Shown piece by piece: positions 48,232-61,535 of a stretch of 64,000 nt of DNA (positions are counted from its first letter, which is position 1; the number at the start of each line of letters is the position of its first letter). The stretch lies in assembly GCA_001643675.2 (NCBI GenBank), contig LSRY02000001.1, positions 2,108,001-2,172,000 of the forward strand, written 5' to 3'. The DNA is from Monocercomonoides exilis PA203. Lineage: Eukaryota; Protista; Preaxostyla. The notes under the pieces are model-generated. The model was not told where the DNA came from and did no database searches. It worked only from the letters and a program-made list of their open reading frames with translations. A program made the translations under genes and the position numbers.

Positions 48232-49790
48232 TCAAAAAAATCCAAAACTCGAATCAATAACTCTTTTAACTTTTCTTTTTCCATTTTCACGTTCGAACGG
48301 GTCAAATTCATCACCTGTTTCATCGTCATCATTCTTAATTTTTCTGTATTTTCTTTTCACTTTTTTCTCCAAAGGCAATTCTTCTTCTTCGATTTCCTTT
48401 TCTTTTTCAACATTTTCTTCATTTTCCTTTTCTTTTTCTTCAATTTCTTCAATTTTCATCTTGTGCTTTTCATTATATTCATTTAGTTCATCAAGAAGCT
48501 TTTCTTTGGTTATTTCTTTTCCGAAGAAGTCGAAACAATGGGAATGAGAAGGAATGGAGTATTGAGAAAACTGAGGAAGCTTCATAAGAACCGATCCAGA
48601 TCCATTGCTGAGGACTCCGCTGTTAACGAAGGCTTTTTTGATAACAGATGTAGCGAATGCTGTGTGAAGGGCTTGTGGCAACACATCAGTGATGGCTGTT
48701 CTTTTTGAAGATGAGGAGGTGGATGATAGAGAGCTGTAATTGTTTAAAAGCTCTGACTTCAACACTGCAATTACTCCTATGTCCAGTGGCTGCGATATGT
48801 GTGCAGTGTGTGGAACGAAGGTAACGACATCATTTTCAGCTTCCTTGAACTGTCTCCATGTCGTTGGATCTGCACGCGATGAGTGTGAATCCAGGAGAAG
48901 AAGGCAATGATGAGATTATTTCGAGATATGTTTTCTTCTGTCAATGATAGCCAACATTGGAACTGTTAAGGCGTATTTTTTGAATGCTGTTTTATCCATC
49001 CAGCCGTTTGTGTTTGGCCAAATGTCAAGCGACGAAGTTTATAGTGTTGCTTGTTCTTTCGGAAGGGTTTCACTCAGCTTAGCACAACAGACGGAAGCGA
49101 GAAGCCATCAGCAGCGATTCCAGCAACGAGAGTAGCATTCGGCATCCTTTCGGCAGTCTTTTTAAATCCAGCTTGTTCATCTGCAGGATGAACTACAACG
49201 CCACGTGTAGGAGTTGGAATTCGAAGCGAAGATTCATCGACATAGAAGATTAATTCCTTTGGATATTTGTTTGCATCTGGTGATACTTGTAATTCGGAAT
49301 ACCACGGCTTTAAAACTTTCTGACAAGATGCTGCAAATCTGTTTATATCAACTTGCTTTGGCGGCGATGACTTCAGTTCCGGATGTCTCTGTATGAAGGC
49401 GTTAACTGTCTTTAGAGTTACTGTCTTTTTAATCTTTTCTTCATTTTCTCCTTCTTCTTCACTATCGTTAATTATATTTTCCATCTTAATACAAATTAAT
49501 ATGCAATTCAAATGACAATTACAAACCAGATCGCGCGCTTTTCGTAATGTGAGGCTTGTCCCAGATCGAGATTCTATTGGAACTTCTTCCAAGAATTGCT
49601 TTTATTTTTCGCCTCTTATAATTGGTTGATGCCCTACTTTTACAATCAGCCTGCCATTTTTTTATAGCTTTAACAGCGTGCTCCAAAGATTTTTTGCTTA
49701 TTCCACCGTATTTGACTCCATCGACCAGCCTGACAATATTTTCATTCACAATGTGTGCAATCCTTTCCAATCTTGTTTCATATTATCTGT
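48232..49790 (-). mobile_element. Decayed pogo/Tc1-mariner-type transposase (DDE_1 family)
   Basis: LIFYVDESSL, TLVAGIAADG, NTNGWMD, LLLLDSHSSR and FVPHTAHISQPLD motifs spread over several frames. Paired TIRs not identified. Confidence 0.85.
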
Positions 49791-51758
49791 AACGCAATGA
49801 ACACATTGCTTCCTTCAGCTTTCTTTTTCACTAATAATTTCATTTATATATTATCGGTGATGATCATATATATGGGATATTATTTTTGAGATCATAAATT
49901 TGTTCATAGATACAAAAAAGTTGAGAAAAACTGTTTTGAATCCGTTGCTTAAAAAAATAGTTCCCGCAGCTCATTTTTTTATAAGAATTTTCATGTTCAA
50001 ATGAAATAATAGAAAATATTCGATTCAAAAAAAAATATTTGAAAAGGATCAATGTGAAACATAAAAAAATATTTTCTCTGTCGAATTTTTCGAAATTCCT
50101 TTCTGAAACAAAACACAACTTTAATGCGGGTCAGCATATTTTTTTTTTGTTTTAAATAAAGAATGATTATAATTATGCTGAATATCTGTTACCAATTTCA
50201 GTGATAAAAATGATTAACTTTGTGATTCAAACAGAGAAAAAGCATGCAGAAATGATCATTTTATTTCTGACCGGAAAAAAGTTCAATTATATCAGTGTTC
50301 AGCAAGATATTCGGGTTTGCTAATTGTTCCAAGTTTTTTTTTAACAATAATAACTTATTGTTTTTAACTGTTTAAAAACCATATTGCTTCTGTAGAACTC
50401 AAAAGGTAATCATTCGAATTTTCGATGATAATCCTTTCACATGTTGTTTATTTCTTTTGCTCAACATCTTTGCTATACGAACATCAATTAACTTTCATCG
50501 CCTATTGAGAATTGTTCGAATCGTTTTTTTATCCCATGAGAAATCGCAAACGTAATCTATGACATGAGACAATAAAGATTTGTTTTTATTGATCACATTC
50601 TGCTGATGTTTCAAATAGGTGAATAATTGATCAAAAAAATCGAAGTAATGTTGAAATTGCCAATATGTTCATTAATAAAAAACTCACAAATCCTGATCAA
50701 AGAAACATTCACAAACATCTACAGACGGTGAAAAGTCCTATATATGATGCAGCTGTTCAACTTTTATAATCAGTCCTTTTCACGCAAATGAACTCGTATT
50801 TCACATTTGATATGTTTCAGAAAATTTCGATAGAAAAGAACTGAAACTGTACATTCTGAATATCAATTTCTTTTTCTATAATTATATTGCAATTATACAA
50901 TCTTTTTTTATTTTATCAATCTTCAATCTGTTCAAAGAAAAACAATATTCACAAAAAGAAATCCATTTTTCATTTTGAAATAATAGCGAACAAACAAACA
51001 AATGGAAACAATCAGAAAAAGATATCACTAATTCAAAAAACAAACAAAAAAGCCAACGAATAATTAAAAAAAAAAAAAATCACCACCAATAAATATTCGA
51101 TAAATCAACGAAAAAACAAAACGATAAATCAAAGATTTTATTTCTTAATCAACTTAAAAAAAATAAGATGATTAAAAAAACTGAAAAATTTTGACATGCA
51201 AACTAATGGAGATCACAAAAAAAACCATGACATATCGATTAATAAATAATAAAGCCACATTACTTCATCAAAAAAAGAAAACTCGTTTATGAAGCAGCAA
51301 AAAAGATTCCAATCCACCAAGTTTGACGAATTCGAAAATTAAAGTTAAAAGAAGATTATGCAAATAAATCACAAAGAATCGAAAATAATCACAAAATTAA
51401 ATGTGAAATTTGTTCAGAAGTTCTATGCCATTGCTCTTATCTAAATTTTGATAGAAAATGCTCACTTCTTTCAGCTCATAAAAATTATATTTTAAATTTA
51501 AAAATGAAAATTAAAAAATAAAAAATAAAAAATAAAAAATAAAAAATAAAAAATAAAAAAATAAATTAAAAATGAAAAATAAATAAGGTTTAATGTTTGA
51601 ATATAGCGTACAATCAATTATGCACCTGGGAGGCAACACGACATATCCAGGTCCGGACAGAAAAGTTAAAAACTATTCTATCAAATTCGCAAAGTCTTGT
51701 CCAGCTTTCTCCCTGTGAAAACTGGCTAAGCATGCATGAAAACACACATTGTTTTAAG

Positions 51759-54700
51759 TTATTTTTTAAAAAATGAATAAGAATTGTTGAAAGATAAAGA
51801 AAAATCTGAGCTTTTAAGAAGTGAAGATCTTCTTTCAAGATTTTGAATAGATTGTTGCAGCAAAAAAGGTTGAGCAAACTCACATTCTGGTTTTGATGTT
51901 ATTTGAATTCTTGCGATTTTTTCGATATTCTCCTTCTTCACTTTCCCCTCCAAATTTATCAATGCCCGCTGTGAAAGAAATCCAACCGCTGAGCCACAAA
52001 TGTTATCTCCCGTTTTCTCGAAGGAAAGATAGTCTCTCATATTTGCAATCGAAAGAGATGGCCAAGTTGTTTGCTGAGTCGGAATATATTCTTCAAAATA
52101 CCGTTCGTGAATTTCAATTGATCCATTTTTAGAATTCGAAGATTTCTGGTGATGGTATTCTTCAGATGATACAGTTGATTTGTTTGTATGCGTTTTAAGA
52201 AATTCTATCATATCTTCTAATGATTCAATATTTTCCGTTGTAATATTTGACTTTATTGCATTGACAAGAACACCAAATTCGCTGTCGCAGATGTTCTTGC
52301 CATGATGTTCGCAGAAAAAATTCAAAATGCATTTCTTTTTCTTTAAAAGGGAAGATTTGTTGGATAAAATGAAGTGCAGCACATATCGATTTCGATTATG
52401 TGGACCTGCATCACAAAAAAATTTGAATGTTTTGGTGTTACGATAACACGATCTACTCAGAACAGATGTTAAACACTCAATAACAAATCTAAAAACATTT
52501 GTGAGGCAGCGAGAAAGAAAGTTGTATGTTCTTTTGTAGGTGATCGAGTTAGTACGTTGAAATGTGATGACTGTGAAATGAGAAAGTTGTTTATATGTGT
52601 AAAATTCTTGTTGCAATTGATCTTTTCGAAGTGGAATTCTCCATTTTTCCTTAAAGTCAAAAACACACAGAACTTCATTTTCCTTCAAAGATGAAAGTGT
52701 ATCGGAATAGTGCTTGCGCTGCATTTCTGCAATTGCGCGATGACGTCCAAGAAGAGATATCAGTTTTTCTTTTTCTTCATGGAATTTATTTCCTATCACT
52801 GGTTGATCTTTTCTGCTCTGAAGTTGCTCAAGTTTATTGCATAATCCGCACATATCAGTTCGACGCTTGGCTCTGCTGAACTGAACCGTAAGCTTATAGA
52901 AATATGAAAGGGAAATTTTGATATTCGTTTCCCTCACAAAATCCTCCCAAAGTTTTGTCTTTGGTTTGTCTATTAGTCTTTTTTCATTAGGTGAAAAAAT
53001 CTTGTATTTTGACTGATATTCATTAAGTTCACTTGAGACATCATGTGTTTAATTATTCAATGCACAAGAAAACTGTTCGCTCATTGTTCTATGTTCAATT
53101 CCCTTCACAACTGATTTGCTTAATGTGTGGCATGTAAAATCTTGATTTATTCGTTTGTGTTTTTCAATTCCTTCATTTACAAATGAGAAATCATTGTGCT
53201 CATCTATTTTGACGTAGTATGTCAGTGAAGATTGATAATTTTTGTTGTTCAAATGGGTGATTCTTTTTGAAAAGTCACAAATGTTTAATTTTCAAATAAA
53301 AAATTATATTCATATTTTGCTCAAATTTTTGTTTCCCCTCACGAATCTTTTTAAGAATGTGTGAAATAGCATTATCCAGAAATAGATTTCATATTAGAGA
53401 AGTTTGGTTGATGTTAACAAAAAAAAGAGCAAAATATGTCATTTTTAATTTATATGAAAATTAAACATTTGTGACTTTTCAAAAAGAATCACCCAAATAT
53501 TGCCAAAAACTATCCCATTTCTGAAAACATAAAGGATGAACACTCTTGTCGTTGCAAAAACAGAAAGGACATTTGAATGCTTTCGGATTTCTTGCTACAG
53601 AGACAAAATGTCCAAGAGAATCATTCAGCTTGGTGTGCAAAACTTGTCCCACAAAAACAAATGCTGAGTGAAATTGCTTCTCAGAGAATTTTTTTTTCGA
53701 ATATTCGTCATAACTGGCAATATTGCAAGCTGAAAAAGTCAAGACGTTATCATCTTCTTTCTGATAAACAGCAAATTGAAGTGGTGGAGGACATAATGAA
53801 TTTGCTTTGCATTCGTGACTCAATATTAAACAATCAGGAAATTGATCAATAGATGCAAGACGTTCTGAGTGGCAGCGTCTCTTGCAGTTTTCACAATATG
53901 CTCTATTGTTGAACGTCAATGTTTCAGTTTTGAAAAATTGATTCAATCCAGATACAACATCATTTGAGTTAATAGGAAAGAATAGATGGTTTGCTTCTGT
54001 TTTGTAAACTCCATGGCATTGTTGGCATTTTGTGCGATATTCAATTCGATTCATAAACTTTTGTTTGATTGATGAATTTTTATCGATAAATGTGTTCAGG
54101 ACCCATTGGTTTGCTTCAAATGCAGATTGTTGTTGGCGATGTTACAACCCGTTTTCCCTTTCAAATTGATCAATTAATTGATGGGACCATTTTTCGGATT
54201 ATTAGTTGCATCAAAAATTTCTTTGAATATGTTCAAAAATTGACTTGATAAACTGAAATCTTTTTCTTGATGAACAAAAAGTGTCTTGTTGAATAATGAA
54301 ATAGACGCAAGGCATTGCAAGATACTTGCCAAGAAGCATGTGTTATCAAGATTATCCAATCCTTTCCTTTTTAATTCAATGCTGCTCAGGTTTTCTCCTG
54401 TTTCTGTTTCACAATGATTTGCTTGTGGGCAATGGTCAATGCGTGAACATTGTATTTTTTCTGAAAGCAAGGGGGATACAACAGAGTCAACTTTTTCCAA
54501 TTGTCCTGGTTTTATTGAATTAAGGATTTTTTCCGTTGCATTTATCAATGCTGGATTGCACAGGAAATGCGGAATATTTTTCGATTCTTTCGATATTTTC
54601 CCCGTTTTAGAAAAATCAGTGCACAGAAATATCTCTTTCCCGCCGAAAGTTTGCTGGCTTTGAATAAATTTACATTTATTCAACTCGACTGATATCTCTG

Positions 54701-55770
54701 GTTTTGCATTCAATAATAACGATTTGAACGTGTTGATGGAAATTATTGAAGGCGAATTTGGATAAACAATTGGTTGGGTTGAATTTGGATCGCATTCGCT
54801 CTTTTTGCACAGAGAATTGGAATTTGTTGAATTATTCTTCTGAAATTGTGCTTCGTTGATTTTTGAAGCGTTTCTTTTCAATTTCCAACTATTGCGTTTA
54901 TGATTTCCGAGTCTGACAGAATTTGGTTTGGAATTATCCTTCGTTTCATATATTTCTTTATATCTTAATCTTTTGTCCGTAGAAACATTATTTAAAGTTT
55001 CTTCCATGTTGTTAAAAGCGGATTTGTTGTGAAAGGTTTGATGCGATTTTTCAGTAATTATTATGTCATCCCATTCTCGTTCTTCAAATAAACTTGTATC
55101 CATAGTCTTTTTTTTGGATTGTTTTAATTTGCCAAATGTTGAAGATGAAGGAGAAGAATGTTCCAGCAACCAACTGTTTCCTTTCATCCATTCGCTTTGT
55201 GAAAGACCTAAAAAAATCATAAGAGTTTTGAAAAATAATGAAAATAATGAAATTTGTATATCACCGAACCTTTTTTGCATGAAGGTGTTGAAGATTTTTG
55301 AGGAGTGAAAATTTTACCTCGATTTTTCTGTAATGTCTGCTTGGCATGGTTTATTTTTCCTTGTGTAATGTTGTAATTGTAAGATAACAAAATCTTTGGA
55401 GAAGAATGACGAGATAAGGCTTGAAGCAACATGGTCTTTGTATGAGTTGGTGCAGCGTTGTATACGATTGATAAATCATGCAAAAGTTCGTCATATGCCT
55501 CTGACATAAAAAAAAAACATTTTCATATTTTTTTCCAAATCAAAAAAAAGTATTAACAATTATTATGTCAATCTTGACAAATCGAAAAAGAAAGAGCAAA
55601 CCGTTTATTGATTTTTTAACATTTTTAACAAACGGTTCTGCTTCTTTATGGTGCAGAAACAAATACGTCAAAACTTGCTCCAGAGATTCACCACAAGTTT
55701 TCTTCATGGAATCAAGCAACTTTGTTGCATGAACAGAAATAGTAGATTTGCTATTTATCTGATTCGACAT
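51759..55770 (-). mobile_element. Sola-like DDD transposase gene with an internal ubiquitin-specific protease (peptidase C19) domain; disrupted
   Basis: Transposase motifs KISLSYFYKL..TDMCGLC, VFDFKE, FFCDAGPHNRN, FFCEHHGKNICDSEFG. USP motifs GLDNLDNTCFLASILQCL, QQSAFEA, CQQC/CENC, LGHFVS..CNDKSV. In-frame introns 55501..55601 and 55208..55269. Defects: frameshift near 54185, TAA 54142-54144, MITE, TAA 53049-53051. Superfamily assignment is from recalled motifs. Confidence 0.78.
53255..53494. mobile_element. 240-bp MITE, copy 2, with AAAT target-site duplication
   Basis: TIR GGGTGATTCTTTTTGAAAAGTCACAAATGTTTAATTTTCA. AAAT at 53251-53254 and 53495-53498. Confidence 0.93.
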
Positions 55771-57334
55771 AATTGTGATGAAGAAAACAATGAAAGACCA
55801 AAATGATCCAAAAAAAAATAATTTGAAAAATTTTTAAAGAGAATTTATTTACAGTAATAATAAATCCGAAAAGACAAAATTCATAATGATATAATATTTG
55901 ATAAGTGTTCTTCAACTGCTTCATTTTTGCTTCTCTTTTTCAATTCATCTTCTTTGTTTTGATTTCTCACCAATTCATCCAAATGGAATCATTTTCTGTG
56001 AATAATCCACGTTTTTTTAACATTTCTATTTCTTATATTCAGGATTATATCTTTTAACATAACACTTATTTTAACTGTTATTTCGTTTTTTCTATTGCAG
56101 AAAAATTCTTAAGAATGGAAAAAAAAGAACCTTTAATGCTTTTGAAATGAATAAGAATGACTTGCAGCGGATATTTGCCTATCAGCTTATGCAAAGAACT
56201 CATTTCTCAAGAGATAAAGTAATGATTATGATTAACAACAACAATTCCAATTGATATATCGATGTATGCTTTTTCAAAAAAATGTTAAAAAAAATACTTC
56301 GAGTGAAAGTGAGTATTCAAATGCATAGCATCAAAAATGTTTCTTTCATCGAAAAAGACACAGCCATTTGTTGTTTCGCATTCTTATGCCTTTTGCCTTC
56401 AGCTTCTGCATTCTTCTTTTTCCTTTCTTCTTTCTTTTCCTCTTCCTTCTTTTCATAATTCTTTTCCTTTACATCTTCTCTTTTGCAAATATCTAGTTTT
56501 ATTCTTGTTTTTTTCCTTCGTTTCCATTATCTCTATGCGTATTTCTTTCTTTCTTTTTTATTAACATTTTCCTTTTCTGTATATGAGGTATATTCTTCTC
56601 CTTCAGATGCATTTCAGGGCAGAGTGCATTTACAGAAGTCTCAGAAGCTATCGGAGTAATGCCGCATGCAATCGAAGCCACTTTTAAAAATGAAACAATA
56701 ATTATTTTTTTTAGAGAAAGAATCTTGAGCATTGGCAGAATAAAAAGCTGAAGTTCATTGAGTGGATCAGATGGAAGTTCGGAAGATGAAAAAGAAAGCT
56801 CATAGGAAGTTGCAGTTGTAAAAAGAGAAGAACAAGAAAAGAAGAAAATTGTTCATATTCTTCATCAACTTTCCTCATCAGTTCTTTTTCATTATTCACT
56901 TTCAACCTCACTCCGCATCCACCTTTCTGAAGAAATTTTGTACCCCTTCTCTTCACTTGTATCTTCTAACATGCCTTTAAAGCTTCTCACCTTCAGCTGC
57001 TCTGCCTTCTCCAGCACCAGTTACAGAATCTCCAGTGTATCCTCAGCGGAATCGTTCACCTCTACATGAATGTTTGAATGGAGAATGCTTTTCATGAGGC
57101 TCTGAAGTTAGAAACTTTATTGGACTGTTTGTTACCAGAAATAAAATTCAAAATTGAATAAAAAACAAAAAATTCAGTTCAAAAAAAAATATAGAAAACA
57201 TTTATTATCATTGGCTTCCGAAAACTTTTCAAATGGCAATAATAAAATAAACATTTGCTTAAAAATTTCTTACGAACATAATAACGAAAACAATCATATA
57301 ATGAGCAATAACAGTTCAGAAAATGCTACAAATG

Positions 57335-58860
57335 TTATTTGTGTGGACACAGAACCAATGAATCTTCTAACAAATCTTGCACTATTCTGAGTGCTTTCAA
57401 ATTATTATCCACAGAATGGCTGATCGGAATGGCAATCTGAAAAAGGATGTCACCATTTATACGTCTCTGCTTATCATCTCTTCGTTTTGACCCAAGACTC
57501 AGTATCTCTACAACAATCTCTGAGAAGCGTATTTGACAGTCAATCACCAGAGCAAATGGCTTACAGAATGAGTTGTGTGACATGGCCATTTCGTTGGAGA
57601 CGAGCGTGGAACGTGCGAGCTCCAGGATGCAGGTTGTTGTTGACTCAACCTCGTAGTCGAACAACATGTTGGAGAGTAAATCATGAAAAGATGAAATCGG
57701 TTCAGGTGAAGAAAACGAAAACGATTGTGGGAATTGTGGTTGTGGTTGGAAAATACCACTGGAGGAGATGGTGGTGGCATCTGTTCCATTTCCGGTGATT
57801 TTTGTATTTGGAGCACGGAATGTGAGAGTTTTTGTGGGAGTGAAAATGGAGACGAGAAGAGAGAGGGAGGCATCGCTGAAGGGAGCAACGCATCCGAAAG
57901 CATACTCCACGGTGGCGCATGGGCTTTGCTGTGTTTTGCCACAGGCATCGATATCACTTCCACCATTCGCAACGATTTTGTTCTGGTTGATGATCGGAAG
58001 CCAACTGTTGTACACATCGCTATCTGCAGTTCCTGCGTTCCACACTCTTTTTGTTGGGGTTGTTGAGCCACATTGCTGGAATGGAGATTGGGTGATATCA
58101 CTTCCGCTGAAAAACACATCATTCCCTCTGCCATTAGTTGCGGAATTGCCATCGAAGAAACAAAATATGATGAATTTTACTCCACTCATCCAAGTGAAGG
58201 TGTTTGTTCAGCAAAGCGCAGCACCTCCCCATGAAGTTGAAGTTGATGTCAATTTATTGTTTATGAACTGGCAATCATTAACCAAAAATTGATTTGGTTT
58301 ATTTTGTGGAGGCCAATGAAATGTGAGAGAGCCAGCAGAATCACCACCAGAATTTGCGATACACTTGCATTTGGAAAATAGGAATTGACCTGATGAAGAT
58401 AAGTCATTTAGCAAGAAATACCAACCAGTTCCACACCAACTTGTTATTGAACAACTTACCACTCTGTTTTCTGAAAATGAATAAACAGAATTTGATTGAG
58501 GATAAGCAAAGCAATTTGCTCCCCCATGAGCAGCTGAGCAAATTGTGAAATTTGATTTTGCAATACTCTCATTTTGCAAACAGAAACTGTATAACGCTCC
58601 ATTATGGCCATCACCTGTGCAAGAACAATTATTGAACGAACAAGAAGTGATTGCAAGATTTGCATTTGTGCAATAAACATCAAGAGCACCACCATTATTA
58701 TTTCCTCCGCTGATTGAATTATTCCATTCACACCATTCGAAGCGATGACTGTTCACATCAAAAGAAGTCAACCTTCCAGGTGATTTTCTGTCGGTTTCAT
58801 TTCCAACATGTACAACAGCAGCATTTGATGAAGAACGTGTTTGATGGAGGAAAGAAGAGT
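57335..58860 (-). pseudogene. Truncated, frameshifted beta-helix surface protein gene (same superfamily as 30967..38754)
   Basis: FEWCEW..NGGAL, FNNCSC, WGGAAL, GRGNDV and ACGKTQQSPCATVEYA motifs in two frames. No TM helix or intact start. Confidence 0.75.
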
Positions 58861-60515
58861 TGAAGGCAGAGAGAGAAGTGAATGGACTGTTGAGGTTGGG
58901 GAGGATGGCCCATCAATGGGGTTGTGGGTGTGGAGGAAGAGGGATGAGTGAAGAGAGAAGGAGGGGATTGTTTTAAGTTGGTTGAAGTGAACCTGAAATT
59001 TGTTTTTACTAAAGCGAAAGTACTTTTTTACTGTTATCAGGTCTCAGTTTGCATGAAATGTCTTTTGATTTTTCTAGCTTTGTTCATTTTTATGACGGTT
59101 GTTGAAACTATAAGTTAGAAAAAGAATTCTTTTTTAACAATTATAATCTGTAAATTATTATTATTCAAATATATTAAAAAAGAGTGTAGAAAAAATTTTT
59201 CTTTTCTTTTTGTTTCTGAATGTTGTATGTTTTGAAATAACTTCATTGCGCTTTGTAAAAAAAGATATCTTAATTAAAAAATGACCAGTCGGAGGATAAT
59301 ACCAAATAAAATATGAAGTACCATTATTTATGTATTTTTCTCACTTTTTTTGTATCCAAAGAATTTTTTGATAAGCTTTTTCGTGAACTGACCGTTATTT
59401 ACTGAAAACGTAAGTCTATTATTTGTTTTCAATTCCTATAACTGAATACATTTGTTTTCTTGTTGTTGATGTCACATATGATGTTTTTTTCTTTTTTTCC
59501 CGTTTTTGGTGGATATAATGCAAAACAATGTTTTTATCAAAAATTCCTTTAACGAATTTTGAAGATAATACGCAATGCCAAAACCGCGTAGAAAATTTGA
59601 TCAGCGTTTGAAAGAAGGAAGCCATGAGCGAGAAAGAGATTCAGGGATTTTTTGGTGCAAAAATTCGGGAAAGCCTTTCAAAGAGATTTTTCCACTAAGC
59701 TTAAAGCTTCATTATCTGCGAGTGAAGTAAAACTTGAAAGTGGAGCCGAAGCTTGAGTTGACGAAGAAAGAAATTTCAGATGATATTTCCTGGCTTGTGA
59801 CAAGTGGCGGGGGTTTTAGCAGCAGAGAAGAAGGACTCCGAACATGGAAGATTAATGGGATATTTCCCACAGTTTTAGGGGGGTCGTCGTTTGCCGGAGG
59901 AGGCAAAATCGAAAGTTTGTGAAATTGATTATGAAATGTTTGATTCGAACCAATTACAGATTATCTTGTCTTTCTTCCTCAGCTCATGCAAGTTATTGGA
60001 ATCTGCGAATCTGTTTCGATGACACTCACGAATCATTTTTTGGAGAGCTATTCAGATTACAACATTCGTTTTCTGAGCCATCAATTGGAGTTATTGTATG
60101 TGTGATGAGAATTTTGTTTCTAAAAAAAAGTTTTTAAGGACTTCTATTTTGACTATTATTTTGTGTTTGTGTGTGCGCTTGCTGTGTGTACTGTTGTGAC
60201 CAGATGAATTTGAAAGCATGTGCTCCTTCGTTTTGTTCTGAATTGGAAGGACGCTTCAAACTATTTCTTGGGACTAATGATAATTACCCCGTGGATAGAG
60301 AAAACTTGGAATGGTTTGCATTTTTGTCATTTTATGTAAACTGATATTTTTGTCAACTCGTTTGTTATTTCTGTTGCTATTTTCTGAATTTCTACAGTGC
60401 TTGGCAAACAACATGCTTTTCACTTCATCAACACAGGCATCAGTCATTTGTTGGGCGTGTTCTTTCTGGCTTCTTCAGCCTAGCAGGTGCTCGGCGTGCT
60501 GCATCATCAGCCTCT

Positions 60516-61535
60516 TTGCAACAGATTGGATCAGAGGCGACCGCGATCCCCATTGCAGAGCGAGAGAGGCGGTTTATTGAGTCGCTGGGGAAGCAGCAAG
60601 AAACACACACAGCCAATGATATACGCTTTCCAGCACAAATTCCTGTTGAGTTACCACTCCATTATGCAGCATGCTCTCCTTTCTTTCCATCAGCACAGCC
60701 TCGCTCTGATTGTTTGGGCAGCTCTTTGAATGGACAAGACAAGACGGACATTTCTCTTTCAGCAGCCAGAGATGGAACATCTGGCTCTGTTCAGATCCCG
60801 CAGATTCCTCTGTCTTCAAACAGATCGTCCTGTTCCTCTTCCTCACCTTCTTCGAATTCTTCTTCTCCCTCTTCTTCTCCCTCTTCTTCTCCCTCTTCTT
60901 CTCCCTCTTCTTCTCCCTCTTCTTCCCATTCTCTTCATTTTTCGTTATTCTCTTCATTGTCATCACCATTAATTCAAACTGCGGATTCACTGGAAGAATG
61001 TTTAAATTGTTTTCATCTTCTTTTTCAGAGGCACATTTTGCTCTGCTTCAGCACTTCGAACTGCTTCCGCGCTCCGGCTGTGCTGAACGGTGTGAATGGA
61101 ATGAATGGGCATCGAATGAGAAATGGCAGTGGAAGAGGGAAGGAGCTTCAAGGCACATTGCGTTCATCAGCTTGCTTTATGTCGCCTCCAAGAAGCGAAG
61201 AGAGAGAAGTTGAAGTTCAAATGGAAGAGGCAAAGAAGGCGGATTTCAGAAGCAAATTGAGCGCAGAGCAGAGCAAAGGGAGTCAGAAAGAAGAGTCAAA
61301 GGCAAAGACGAAGACGAAGGAGAAAGACGGATTTTTCACATCGCAAATTGACATTTTGGACACAAGGCTTGCACAGGCAGCGACAGAAAGGAGGAGGAGG
61401 GACAGGGGAAGAGAAGAAGAAGAAGGATGTGTGAAGATGATGATGAATAACAGCAGACATTCTGCTCATTCGAATGCACACTCTCATCTATTCGGCTGCA
61501 CACTTAAAGTACCACAGCCTCCTCAACATCTGTAA
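60516..61535 (+). CDS. Ser-rich hypothetical exon or relic of unknown function
   Basis: 339-codon ORF with an SPSS repeat and composition like other genes here. No recognisable domain, and flanking frames are interrupted. Confidence 0.35.
   Translation: MQQIGSEATAIPIAERERRFIESLGKQQETHTANDIRFPAQIPVELPLHYAACSPFFPSAQPRSDCLGSSLNGQDKTDISLSAARDGTSGSVQIPQIPLSSNRSSCSSSSPSSNSSSPSSSPSSSPSSSPSSSPSSSHSLHFSLFSSLSSPLIQTADSLEECLNCFHLLFQRHILLCFSTSNCFRAPAVLNGVNGMNGHRMRNGSGRGKELQGTLRSSACFMSPPRSEEREVEVQMEEAKKADFRSKLSAEQSKGSQKEESKAKTKTKEKDGFFTSQIDILDTRLAQAATERRRRDRGREEEEGCVKMMMNNSRHSAHSNAHSHLFGCTLKVPQPPQHL

Noticed and set aside
595-54144. TAA/TAG-to-Gln reassignment (known in the oxymonad Streblomastix), suggested by in-frame TAA at 646, 1656 (aligns with Gln), 53049 and 54142
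   Set aside because: Rpn9 and eIF2A end in TAA and the surface gene ends in TAG. The 2595-codon ORF has no internal TAA/TAG. The affected loci also carry frameshifts or TGA stops, so ordinary nonsense mutations explain them.
51600-56300. Terminal inverted repeats for the USP-transposase element
   Set aside because: No convincing paired termini found by eye, so element boundaries are not claimed.
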